Source of the DNA: Thermodesulfobacteriota bacterium
GTDB taxonomy: Bacteria; Desulfobacterota; GWC2-55-46; JADFVP01
Assembly: GCA_035288385.1 (NCBI GenBank)
Contig: DATEAM010000130.1
Span: 1-57,265, forward strand
Length of the DNA: 57,265 nucleotides
Reading direction: 5' to 3'
Part shown: one piece after another, positions 1-9,198 of the stretch
Position numbering within the stretch: position 1 is the stretch's first letter
Layout: every line of letters begins with the position of its first letter
Position numbers and translations under genes: made by a program
Notes under the pieces: generated by a model
The model's database searches: none
What the model saw: only the letters and a program-made list of their open reading frames with translations
What the model was told of the DNA's origin: nothing

Positions 1-1659
1 GGCTTCTCCATAGCTATTAAGCCCTCCGTCTCCTTTTACTGCCCTTCGGCCAGGGGGGGCTGGGGGGCTGAGGGGGCCGGGGGGGGCGAGGGGGGCGATG
101 GAGGCTTTGAATTCCTCAAAAAACTCCTCGAGGACGAAGGGATTCGAAAGAACACGGACGACTCCAAGGCCCTTTACCTCTACTCGCGAGACAAGGGGGT
201 CTCCCCCAGGGGCCTCGATATAGATACCTCTCTCGCCTCCTATCTGCTGAACCCCTCGAGGGCGGACCACGGCATAGAGGCCCTCGTCTACGAGTTTTTG
301 GGAAGGCTTGAGAAACAGGGCGCCCTGACCGGGAAAGACATTAACGCCCATGCTATTGTTGCGTGCAGAAAAGCACGCAATATCTATGAGGTGGCTCAAA
401 AACTTAAGAAAGAGCTTGACGTTCATAAACTCGAGCCCCTCTACCGCACCATAGAGCTCCCCTTATCGGAGGTGCTCGCCTCGATGGAGTGTTACGGGAT
501 AAAGGTGGACTCCGCCATCTTAAGGAGCCTGTCCAGGGAACTCGAGGTGGACCTCGCGGAGCTGGAAAAATCCGTCTACCTCTCGGCCGGGATGGAGTTC
601 AACATAAACTCCCCAAAGCAGCTCTCCGAGGTGCTTTTCAAGAGGCTCGGCTTAAAACCCTTAAAGAAGACTAAGACAGGCTTTTCCACCGACGAGGAGG
701 TCCTTACAAGGCTCGCTACGGAGCACGATGTGCCCCGCCTCATACTCGGCTTCAGGGGCCTCTCGAAGATGAAGTCCACCTATGTGGACGCACTCCTGGG
801 GCTCATAAACCCTTCAACCGGACGGATCCATACCTCCTTCAACCAGACCGTTACGTCCACCGGCAGGCTCTCGAGCTCAAGGCCCAACCTCCAGAACATA
901 CCCGTTCGCGGAGAGACGGCGGCGCGCATAAGGGAGGCCTTTGTCGCAGAGAAGGGTTTCGCCTTCATCTGCGCCGATTACTCCCAGATAGAGCTCCGCA
1001 TAGTAGCCCACATGTCAGAAGACCCGAGCCTCATAGAGTCCTTCGCCAGGGGCGAGGACGTCCACTCGAGGACCGCCTGCCAGGTCTTCGGCATAAAGGA
1101 CCCGGTGGATGTCACCCCGGAGCAGAGGAGGAGGGCCAAGGCCATCAACTTCGGCATCATCTACGGCATGGGGCCCTATGGGCTCTCCACAGAGCTCGGC
1201 ATAACGGTAAACGAGGCCCGGGAGTACATAGAGAGCTACTTCGAGCACTACAGCTCTGTCAAGGGGTTCATAGACAGGACCGTAGAAGAGGCCGCGAACA
1301 AGGGGTATACTGAGACCCTCTTCGGCAGACGCCGCTACATCCCGGAACTTGAGAGCCCCTATGAGCCCACGAGGAGGTTCGGGGAGCGACTTGCCATAAA
1401 CACCCCGGTGCAGGGCTCGGCCGCCGACATCATAAAGGCCGCGATGATAAGGATTTACGAGGCCCTCGAAAAAGGCGGCTTGTCCTCGAGGATGATACTC
1501 CAGATACATGACGAACTCGTCCTCGAGGTCGCCTCCTCCGAGACGGAAGTGGTGGCGGAGACGGTGAGAAGAGAGATGGAGGGGGCCGTAAGGCTCAAGG
1601 TCCCCGTGGTGGTAAACCTCAAGTTCGGCGCCAACTGGCGCGCCGTCGAGCCCTTTTAG
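1..1659 (+). CDS. polA: DNA polymerase I, 5'-truncated by the window edge (3'-5' exo-like region plus family-A polymerase domain)
   Basis: Frame 1 is open from nt 1, with no stop before the listed 298 start. It carries the exo-region motif DTSLASYLLNP and polymerase motifs RRRAKAINFGIIYG, TPVQGSAADIIK and QIHDELVLE. Stop at 1657-1659. Confidence 0.95.
   Translation, partial: GFSIAIKPSVSFYCPSARGGWGAEGAGGGEGGDGGFEFLKKLLEDEGIRKNTDDSKALYLYSRDKGVSPRGLDIDTSLASYLLNPSRADHGIEALVYEFLGRLEKQGALTGKDINAHAIVACRKARNIYEVAQKLKKELDVHKLEPLYRTIELPLSEVLASMECYGIKVDSAILRSLSRELEVDLAELEKSVYLSAGMEFNINSPKQLSEVLFKRLGLKPLKKTKTGFSTDEEVLTRLATEHDVPRLILGFRGLSKMKSTYVDALLGLINPSTGRIHTSFNQTVTSTGRLSSSRPNLQNIPVRGETAARIREAFVAEKGFAFICADYSQIELRIVAHMSEDPSLIESFARGEDVHSRTACQVFGIKDPVDVTPEQRRRAKAINFGIIYGMGPYGLSTELGITVNEAREYIESYFEHYSSVKGFIDRTVEEAANKGYTETLFGRRRYIPELESPYEPTRRFGERLAINTPVQGSAADIIKAAMIRIYEALEKGGLSSRMILQIHDELVLEVASSETEVVAETVRREMEGAVRLKVPVVVNLKFGANWRAVEPF
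51..96 (+). repeat. G-run block (G7,G6,G5,G8,G6) in-frame within polA, encoding GGWGAEGAGGGEGG
   Basis: Direct reading: cagggggggc tggggggc tgagggggcc ggggggggc gaggggggc. Confidence 0.9.
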
Positions 1660-1957
1660 CAGGAACTACCCTGAAAAAGGGGGACGACTTTATGCGATAA
1701 CCCCTCTCTCAAAAGCTTCGGCTCTTCCCCCCTGCGCCTCAAAGCCCTCCCCTACAGAAATCTCTTGACGAGACAGGGCGTTAGATATAAGATAAATAAT
1801 ATAACTAATATAAAAAATATAACTTCCCATGCTCGTCCCACATTCGACTTAACGTTCAGAAATCAACAAGTTGTAAAATTCCCTTTTCCCCTTAGCCCGG
1901 AACATTAAATCAAGCACTTTTTAAACCCGTGCAACCGTTCACTCAGAGGATGCAGTT

Positions 1958-2527
1958 ATGGTTGATAACAAGAAACCCTATACAACAGGCGAGATAGCCA
2001 GTTTCTGCAACGTTACGATAAACGCCGTTAAGAAATGGATAGCCGCGGGAAAACTCGATGCCTTCAGGACCCCCGGCGGCCATTACAGGGTAAACCGCGA
2101 TGACTTCTTAAGCTTTGTGGGTCGCTACAAGCTCGACATAAAGGAGAGGATTTTCCCGGTAAAGAAGAAGATTCTCATAATAGACGACGAGAGGGAGGTC
2201 ATCGAGTTCATAAAGGGCGCGCTCGAGGCCATGGGCGACGAATTTTCCGTAGAGACGGCGGGCGACGGCTACGAGGCCCTTATAAAGGTCGGGGACTTCA
2301 AGCCCGAGCTCCTCATACTCGACATAAGGATGCCCAAGATAGACGGTTTCGAGGTCTGCCGGCGCATAAAGGGGGACGAGTCCACCTGCGACATAAAGGT
2401 GCTCGCCGTCACGGCATACGGAAAGGAGGATATGGATAATATCCTCAAGTGCGGCGCCGACTACTGTCTTTTGAAACCCATAAAATTGAAAGAGCTGCAG
2501 AAGAAGGTTCAGAAACTATTAAAATGA
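1958..2527 (+). CDS. Response regulator with N-terminal excisionase/MerR-type HTH and C-terminal receiver domain
   Basis: The N-terminus YTTGEIASFCNVTINAVKKWIAAGKLDAFRTPGGHYRV is an HTH of the excisionase type. Receiver motifs are ILIIDDE, LLILDIRMPKIDG, VLAVTAY and LLKP. Confidence 0.8.
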   Translation: MVDNKKPYTTGEIASFCNVTINAVKKWIAAGKLDAFRTPGGHYRVNRDDFLSFVGRYKLDIKERIFPVKKKILIIDDEREVIEFIKGALEAMGDEFSVETAGDGYEALIKVGDFKPELLILDIRMPKIDGFEVCRRIKGDESTCDIKVLAVTAYGKEDMDNILKCGADYCLLKPIKLKELQKKVQKLLK

Positions 2528-2573
2528 CCCGGACTGACCCCGCGCGGGTAAAAGCCCGGGCCCGGGATGCCCC

Positions 2574-4307
2574 ATGGCCCGGCCAATGGGGACTCACTTA
2601 TTCAAGATGAAGCCGCCATCAAAAAGCCTCGCCACGGGCATAAAGCTGTTCTTGGCCTTCGCCGTCATCTCCCTGGTAGCCTTCTGGGACTACAGGCTGT
2701 TCCTCGACAAGGCCGGCAGGATAGAGCTCTACGACGAGCTCACCTACCACATCAACTCCATAAAGGTATCGATAACCAGGCTCGAGTACACCCTCGACAT
2801 GTTCGTGGTGGCGAGGAGATTCGAGGACACGACGGTAGGCCTCATAAAAAAGGACGTGCAGAAGCTCGACAGCGCCGTAATGAGGGTCGTGGAGAACCCC
2901 GCCTACATGAGCCTCTTCGAAGCAGACGCCTTCGCCTACGACGAGGTCATCTCCGTTTCCGAGGACTGGCAGAGGGTCAAGGACGAGATAGCGGCCCTCG
3001 ACGAGGCGATGAACCAGTCGGAGGTCATCCTCATTCACAACGCCGTGGACGTGAACACCATACTCATTAACGAGAAGTCCGACAGGCTTCTTGGCGTTAT
3101 AGCGGAGTCGAGGGGGAGGGTCTTCGCAGAGACGAGGTCCCTTGCCGTAATGAGCTTAGGCGGTTTTGTCTTCATCTGCTTCTTTGCGGCCCTTGTCTTC
3201 TACAATAAGGTCATATCCCCGTTGAACTCGGTGGCGGCTACGGCCGAGGGCATAGCTTCCGGTGGCCGCTCGGCGAGGTTCGGCGAGAGCTCCGCCGGAG
3301 TTACCGGGAGGCTCGCGAGGTCTCTCAATAAAATGCTCGACGCCATGGACGGTCTCGTCACGCTCAGGGATGATGAGGCCGGGAGGCTCGCCGGGGAGAT
3401 GTCGAGAAAGAACGCCGCCATCGAGGCCCTGAACGTCTTCTCCGCGCTCGCGGGAAAGTCCATCTCACTAAGCGATATGTACGGGGCCGCAGTTACAGAG
3501 GCGGTGGGGGCGGGCATAGCCGACGCGGCCGTTATCTATCTCAGGGAGAAGGGCGACTTGAGGCTCAAGGCCTCGGAGGGTTTTGACGATTTTTTCCTCG
3601 CCGAGGGCTCAGAGATACCGGCAGGGGCCTTGAAGGGCTCTGAAGAGGAGCGCGAGGCTCACCTTTACGCGGACCTCGAGGACTTCCCCTACGAGAGGTT
3701 CGGCAAGGTCCTTAAGTCCTGCGGCTTTTCAGCGCTCCTGAGCCTGCCCATTTGCTCAAGGGACATGGTCCTCGGCTACCTTTACGCCCTTTCCAAAGAC
3801 AAAAACCTCACTATGGAGAACACGTCGTTACTCAAGGCCATGGCCGCCAGCCTGGGCTCTTACACATGTTATATAGACCTCTTTCAGAGAGAACACGGCC
3901 TCAAGAAGTTCCTCGAGCGCCTCATAAACCAGGTCCCCTTCGGGCTCGCGGTCTTCGACAAGGCCGGAAGGTGCGTGGTCCTGAACAACGTGCTGAAGAA
4001 GTTCCTCGGGACTGACCCCAAGTTCGACTTCCCGGGGAAATACTGCATATTCGAAGACGAGGTCCTCAAGTCCCAGGGGATGGTAACCTCCATAAAGAAG
4101 TCCTACGAGGGGTTCGCCACCGAGTTCATAATAAAATACGACCCCTCGCTCGTTAAGAGGTTCCGTTTGAGCGGCAAGCCCAGGAGGCTCAAGATAAAGG
4201 CCTTCCCCCTCTACGACGCGGGCGGGGAGATATCCAACATCTCGCTCATATATGAGGACGTGTCCATGTCCGAAGGCTCGGTGAGCGAGTCAGGAGAGAG
4301 AGGCTGA
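2574..4307 (+). CDS. Membrane sensor module (2 TM, HAMP, GAF-like, PAS-like) without a recognisable output domain
   Basis: Two hydrophobic helices (IKLFLAFAVISLVAFW; LAVMSLGGFVFICFFAALVFY) are followed by a HAMP-like linker. A GAF-like block (AAVIYLREKGDLRLKASEGF ... VLGYLYALSKD) and a PAS-like block (LINQVPFGLAVFDKAGRCVVLNN) follow. No HisKA, HATPase, GGDEF or similar output domain is present. The stop TGA overlaps the next ATG (tgATG at 4305-4309). Confidence 0.7.
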   Translation: MARPMGTHLFKMKPPSKSLATGIKLFLAFAVISLVAFWDYRLFLDKAGRIELYDELTYHINSIKVSITRLEYTLDMFVVARRFEDTTVGLIKKDVQKLDSAVMRVVENPAYMSLFEADAFAYDEVISVSEDWQRVKDEIAALDEAMNQSEVILIHNAVDVNTILINEKSDRLLGVIAESRGRVFAETRSLAVMSLGGFVFICFFAALVFYNKVISPLNSVAATAEGIASGGRSARFGESSAGVTGRLARSLNKMLDAMDGLVTLRDDEAGRLAGEMSRKNAAIEALNVFSALAGKSISLSDMYGAAVTEAVGAGIADAAVIYLREKGDLRLKASEGFDDFFLAEGSEIPAGALKGSEEEREAHLYADLEDFPYERFGKVLKSCGFSALLSLPICSRDMVLGYLYALSKDKNLTMENTSLLKAMAASLGSYTCYIDLFQREHGLKKFLERLINQVPFGLAVFDKAGRCVVLNNVLKKFLGTDPKFDFPGKYCIFEDEVLKSQGMVTSIKKSYEGFATEFIIKYDPSLVKRFRLSGKPRRLKIKAFPLYDAGGEISNISLIYEDVSMSEGSVSESGERG

Positions 4308-6730
4308 TGGACGGGTTGTTTAAGAGACTCAGCATATCCAACAAGCTCGCGGCAGTCTTCCTCTTCCTTCTTTTCATGATGGGGATGGGGGGGGTCGTGG
4401 GCCTCTACAACGCCGGACAGATAGCGAGCGTTACGGAGAAGCTCTACCTCCATTCCTTCAAGAGAGTTGAGACGCTCTCCTCGGTGGAGAACGAGCTGCT
4501 CTCGGCCCGCCAGGAGATGTTCCTCCATACTATTATAGTAGACCAGGCCTCCAAGGCCTTCCTCGAGGTCTCCGTGGGGGAGCACAAGAAGAAGATAGAC
4601 CAACTCCTCGTCCAGTACAAGATCATGGGGGTGGCCGAGGGTAACAAAGAACACTATGACGGGCTGCTCGCCAACCTCGGCGGCTACTGGCACGTGCACA
4701 GCAACGTCATGGAACACTCCAGGGCCGGAGACAGGGGCTCGGCCCTCAGCATGATAAGGATGGAGGGCAACAAGAGCTTTACCGACACGATAGACTCGCT
4801 GAGGATGCTCATACAGCATGAGCGCGACACCGCCTTTGCCGCCTACCAGAGGTCCGATTATTTCGCGAAGGTGATAATAGGGGTGACCTCGGCCTTTACC
4901 CTCCTGGCCATACTTGTGGCAGGGGGGCTATGGCTCGCCCTCATCCGTTCCATAGTGAAGCCCATAATCGCCATAGAGGACTCCGCAAGGAACATCGCCC
5001 GCGGGGACTTCATGCACAGGGTCCCCGTCATGACGGAGGACGAGATAGGCAACCTCGCCGTGGAGTTCAACAAGATGGCGGAAAGCCTCCATGAATACTA
5101 TTCCACCCTCGAGAAGAAGGTCGAGGAGAGGACCGAGGAACTCAAGAGAGCCAACGAGGAGCTCTCCAGGAAGGGTAAAGAGCTCGAGCTCGCCAACATC
5201 GAGCTCCTGGACGCGAACCGCATGAAGAGCCAGTTCCTCGCCAACGTCTCCCACGAGCTGAGAACGCCTCTTAACTCCATTATAGGTTTCTCCGAGCTCC
5301 TCGGCGAGAGGGCCTTCGGGGACCTTAACGAGCGCCAGAGCCAGTACGTGGACTTCGTCCACTCGAGCGGCGAGCACCTCCTGAGGCTCATAAACAACAT
5401 CCTCGACCTCTCCAAGATAGAGGCCGGCAGGATGGACATGAGCTACGAGGAGTTCTCCATAATGGAGGTCCTCTCCGAGGTCCTCGGCATCATAAGGCCG
5501 CTCGCCCACGAGAAGAACGTCGCAATCGAGGCGAAGACCGTGCCCGCCTCCCCGAAGCTACGGGCCGACAAGGCGAAGTTCAAGCAGATAATGATGAACA
5601 TCCTTTCGAACGCGGTGAAGTTCAACAGGAAGGACGGCAAGGTGGACATAGACTGGAACATAGTCGAGGAGCCCAGCGGCATGGACATCGAGAGGTTCCT
5701 CGTTTTTAGCGTCAAGGACACGGGCATCGGGATAAGGGACGAGGACAAGGGCAAGCTCTTCAAGGAGTTCGAGCAGATAGACTCTTCTCTTACGAGGGAG
5801 TACGAGGGCACGGGCCTGGGGCTCGTCCTTACCAGGAGGCTCGTCGAGCTCCACAACGGCGCCATCTGGTTCGAGAGCACCTCCGGCAGGGGCTCCACAT
5901 TCTTTGTAAAGCTCCCCCAGGGCACCGAGGAGATAGACGTCCCGGAGACCACCGAGTACGCGATGGCCGCGCCGGCCTCGGAGCACAGGCTCTCCGTACT
6001 CCTTGCGAGCGAAAGCACGGACATAGGCCATCTGATCGAGATATACCTCGCTGACGGCCCCTATGAGGTCACGACCGCCCTGGACGGGCTCGATCTCCTT
6101 AAAAAGGTCAAGGAGCTAAAACCCTTCGCCATAATCACGGGCATAACGATATCCAAAAAGGACGGCTGGGAGGTCTTGAAGGAATTGAAGCAGGACCCGG
6201 AGACGACGCATATCCCGGTGATCATAATCTCTTCGGTGGACAACAAGGACCTCGGGCTCGCCTTGGGCGCCGTGGAGTACATGGAAAAACCCATAGACAG
6301 GGAAAAGCTCCTGAGGATACTCGGGCGCCTCAGGGGCACAGCAAAGCCCACCCGGGGGCTCTCGAGGGTCCTTATAGTCGACAGGGCCATCTACGAATTG
6401 AAGGACGCCGTCGATTTCCTCGAAAAGGACGGGATGCTCGTCTTCAAGTCCGAGCCAGGCAAGAGGGCGGAGGACCTCGCCTCCTGCTGCAACCCGGACT
6501 GCATTATCATGAGGATGGCTGGCGACAAAGAGGAGGTCTTGAACTTCGTACGGAACGTGAACGAGCACGCGCCCACAAAGGGCATACCCGTTATCATCTT
6601 CACCCCCGACGGGCTTACCGACGACGAGAAGAAGAGATTGAACGGCATGAACGTGAAGGCCGTCAGCTACGAAGGCGTCCCCCTGAGCGAAAACATAATA
6701 GACGTCATAAGGAGCATCCAGGTCGGATGA
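4307..6730 (+). CDS. Sensor histidine kinase (N-terminal four-helix-bundle type sensor, HAMP, HisKA, HATPase_c, two degenerate receiver-like domains)
   Basis: H-box FLANVSHELRTPLNSIIGF, N-box LSNAVKF, G-boxes DTGIGI and GTGLGLVLTRRLV. Two C-terminal CheY-like folds lack the phospho-acceptor Asp: AIITGITISKKDG with Gly at 6140-6142, and CIIMRMAGD with Arg at 6512-6514. Confidence 0.85.
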   Translation: MDGLFKRLSISNKLAAVFLFLLFMMGMGGVVGLYNAGQIASVTEKLYLHSFKRVETLSSVENELLSARQEMFLHTIIVDQASKAFLEVSVGEHKKKIDQLLVQYKIMGVAEGNKEHYDGLLANLGGYWHVHSNVMEHSRAGDRGSALSMIRMEGNKSFTDTIDSLRMLIQHERDTAFAAYQRSDYFAKVIIGVTSAFTLLAILVAGGLWLALIRSIVKPIIAIEDSARNIARGDFMHRVPVMTEDEIGNLAVEFNKMAESLHEYYSTLEKKVEERTEELKRANEELSRKGKELELANIELLDANRMKSQFLANVSHELRTPLNSIIGFSELLGERAFGDLNERQSQYVDFVHSSGEHLLRLINNILDLSKIEAGRMDMSYEEFSIMEVLSEVLGIIRPLAHEKNVAIEAKTVPASPKLRADKAKFKQIMMNILSNAVKFNRKDGKVDIDWNIVEEPSGMDIERFLVFSVKDTGIGIRDEDKGKLFKEFEQIDSSLTREYEGTGLGLVLTRRLVELHNGAIWFESTSGRGSTFFVKLPQGTEEIDVPETTEYAMAAPASEHRLSVLLASESTDIGHLIEIYLADGPYEVTTALDGLDLLKKVKELKPFAIITGITISKKDGWEVLKELKQDPETTHIPVIIISSVDNKDLGLALGAVEYMEKPIDREKLLRILGRLRGTAKPTRGLSRVLIVDRAIYELKDAVDFLEKDGMLVFKSEPGKRAEDLASCCNPDCIIMRMAGDKEEVLNFVRNVNEHAPTKGIPVIIFTPDGLTDDEKKRLNGMNVKAVSYEGVPLSENIIDVIRSIQVG

Positions 6731-6755
6731 GAGGCCGTCCGGGCGGAGGTGGTGC

Positions 6756-7142
6756 GTGCGGGAACCGAGGGCGAGGATACTCCTCGTTGAAGACAACTAC
6801 ATGAACAGGGTTCTCATAAAGGAGATACTCACCCTGAGCGGCTACGAGACCGTGGAGGCGGAGAACGGCGCGGAGGCCATAAGGAAGATCGCCGAGAGTG
6901 ATCCGGACCTCGTGTTGATGGACCTCCACCTGCCCGGCATGGACGGCGTTACCGCCACGAGGATAATAAAGGCCAACGACAGGTTCAAGCTCACCCCCGT
7001 ACTCGCGCTCACCGCGTCGGCGTCAAAGGGCGACGAGGAGGATATGCTGAACATGGGTTTTGACGGCTGCGTGACAAAGCCGGTGGACAGGAAAAGACTT
7101 ATCGATACGATCTCGGAGAGCCTTAAAAAGAGGGGCGGATGA
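6756..7142 (+). CDS. Single-domain (CheY-like) response regulator
   Basis: RILLVEDN, DLVLMDLHLPGMDG, VLALTAS and VTKP form a complete acid pocket with phospho-acceptor Asp, Thr/Ser and Lys. GTG start. Confidence 0.9.
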   Translation: MREPRARILLVEDNYMNRVLIKEILTLSGYETVEAENGAEAIRKIAESDPDLVLMDLHLPGMDGVTATRIIKANDRFKLTPVLALTASASKGDEEDMLNMGFDGCVTKPVDRKRLIDTISESLKKRGG

Positions 7143-7200
7143 GACGACCCCGCAGATGGCGGTAGTCGGGGATGGACCGGGGCGGGACCCCTTGAAAGGT

Positions 7201-9198
7201 TCAGGAAGGGAGCGCCCTTTTCGGGCCCTTCAGCGTCTCGAGCTGTCCCCTGACCCTCGAGGCCTCCTCCCCGCCGAGCTTCCTGCCGCCGTATCTCTCC
7301 ACCTCGTAGGCGTGCGTCACAGCCCGTACCTCGGGGTCTCCGACCCTTAAAGCGAACTCCATCGGGGTCTCGGCCTTCCCCCTTCTGATCCCCTTTTTCT
7401 CGAGTATCCTCAGCATCTCGATATAGAACCACGGCACCCTCGAGGCGGTCCCGGCCAGACGGTGCCCCCTCGTCTTCATGAATACCGCGGCGACGAGGAG
7501 CGCTATCCCCCCGAAGAGCATAAGGGCGCGCGCAGGCAGTTCGGGCGGCGTGGAGAACCTCGATTTGAACTCCCTCATGAGCCTGGCGGAGTGGCCCTCG
7601 AGGTTTTCGGCGATCCTCTTCTGGTCCATGAAGGTAAAGCTTATTATGTACCTGCTCCACTTGAGGCGCATGAGGTCGAGGTAGAGGAAGGCGCTCGAGC
7701 GGCTTGCCGGGGGGGCGAGACCCACGGGCGGCGTGGGGTCAAAGGTCTTCCAGCCTTCGCCCTCCACGTAGACCTCGGCCCAGCTGTGCGCGTCGCTCTG
7801 GCGGACGATGTAGTAGTCGCCCAGAGAGTTCCACTCGCCCTGGAGGAACCCGGTGACGAGCCTCGCGGGAACCCCGGCGGCCCTCAAGAGAAGGACGAAG
7901 GACGAGGCGAAGTGCTCGCAGTACCCCTCCTTCGTATAGAAGAGGAAGTCGTCTATCGGGTTTACCCCGTCGCCTTCCCCTGGATCGAGGGTGTAGGAGT
8001 AGTTTTTCTCGAGATACCTCTTCACGGCCTCGGCCTTATCGACGGCCGAGGCCATGCCGTCGGTTACATCCAGTGAAAGCTTTTTCAACCTGGCCCCGGC
8101 GGGTCCGTTTTCGATGTATGACAGGTCCGTATGCACGGGCGTTACGCCCTCGGGGCCCGGGGGGAGGGCCGCATCAGAGGACCACACCCTGTACTCGATC
8201 CTGGAGAGCGGAGGCGAGGGCAGGTGCACGGAGCCCGAGCCGTCGGTCCATAGGTTGGGGAATGTCACCGATATCCTCACCGGGTGCGTGGCACCGAAGA
8301 GGACGTCGGTGGAGAGAGGCTCCAAAAGTATCTTCTGCTCCAATACGGACCCTGAGGGCCTGCCCACGTTGAAGACGCCGGAAGGAGTCTTCCTCAGCAA
8401 AAAATTCCTCCTCGTCGTCCTCTTCCACCTCATGCCGTCGTACTCCTCGAGGGCCATCCCCCTAAGATAGAGCGGCCCCCCGCCCGTCGTGGCGGTACTC
8501 TTCACCTCGACCCTCATTACGATCGTCGAGTCCCTCTTTACGCTGCCTATGGAGCCTATCTCCACGGTGTCTGAAAAACCGCTCACCTTTACGGTGTCGA
8601 GGGTCTTGCCCTCGAAGAACCCCACGCCCATCCTCGGGATAAGGAAGAAGAGGGCGAAGGTTATCGTAAGGGAGACGACGGAGACCGTTACCACGGAAGC
8701 GAGGAAGGGGAGGTCGAAGACCCCCGAAGGCGGGTCTTCCTCGGGGTTGACCTGGAGAAAATCCTTCTTGAGGTTCAAGATTATCATCGCGAAGATGGAG
8801 CCTATGATGAAGAGCACGAGCAGCGGGAAGAAAACGAGGCTCACGGTGGAGGCCGCGGCCGCGAGCATCTGGAAAAATACTATGGCGTAGATGATGAAGT
8901 GGTCCCTGTGGGTGTTAAGGTCGAAGAGCTTCATGGCAAGGAGTATGGTCAGGAACCTCGAGGCCGAGACGATGAGGCTCTGGGAGGCGAGCATGTGGTT
9001 GGCGATGAAAAAGACGAGCACCGCCACTGCCATCAGGTTCCAGAGCCTGCCGGGTATGGAGCGCTTCCTGTATAAGTTGAGGACAAGGCTTATGACGAGC
9101 ACCACGCCGAGGAGCGAGAAAAAGGCCGGCTCTATCGCCTCCACGAGCGTGCCCGAGTAAAAACCGAGGGCGGCCATGAAATACGTGACTATGAGCAT
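7201..9198 (-). CDS. Transglutaminase-like membrane protein (TgpA-like: N-terminal multi-TM region plus transglutaminase core)
   Basis: Multiple N-terminal TM helices. Cys-His-Asp core: EGYCEHFASSFVLLLRAAGVPARLVTGF ... SDAHSWAEVY ... GWKTFDPT. Last gene of a moxR-DUF58 operon; its start overlaps the DUF58 stop by 10 nt. Confidence 0.85.
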   Translation of the reverse strand: MLIVTYFMAALGFYSGTLVEAIEPAFFSLLGVVLVISLVLNLYRKRSIPGRLWNLMAVAVLVFFIANHMLASQSLIVSASRFLTILLAMKLFDLNTHRDHFIIYAIVFFQMLAAAASTVSLVFFPLLVLFIIGSIFAMIILNLKKDFLQVNPEEDPPSGVFDLPFLASVVTVSVVSLTITFALFFLIPRMGVGFFEGKTLDTVKVSGFSDTVEIGSIGSVKRDSTIVMRVEVKSTATTGGGPLYLRGMALEEYDGMRWKRTTRRNFLLRKTPSGVFNVGRPSGSVLEQKILLEPLSTDVLFGATHPVRISVTFPNLWTDGSGSVHLPSPPLSRIEYRVWSSDAALPPGPEGVTPVHTDLSYIENGPAGARLKKLSLDVTDGMASAVDKAEAVKRYLEKNYSYTLDPGEGDGVNPIDDFLFYTKEGYCEHFASSFVLLLRAAGVPARLVTGFLQGEWNSLGDYYIVRQSDAHSWAEVYVEGEGWKTFDPTPPVGLAPPASRSSAFLYLDLMRLKWSRYIISFTFMDQKRIAENLEGHSARLMREFKSRFSTPPELPARALMLFGGIALLVAAVFMKTRGHRLAGTASRVPWFYIEMLRILEKKGIRRGKAETPMEFALRVGDPEVRAVTHAYEVERYGGRKLGGEEASRVRGQLETLKGPKRALPS

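Noticed and set aside
2567-3070. A 167-aa + strand ORF overlapping the start of the sensor gene in another frame.
   Set aside because: It is Arg/His/Gly/Pro-rich and out of frame with a gene that has clear TM/HAMP features. It is a frame artefact.
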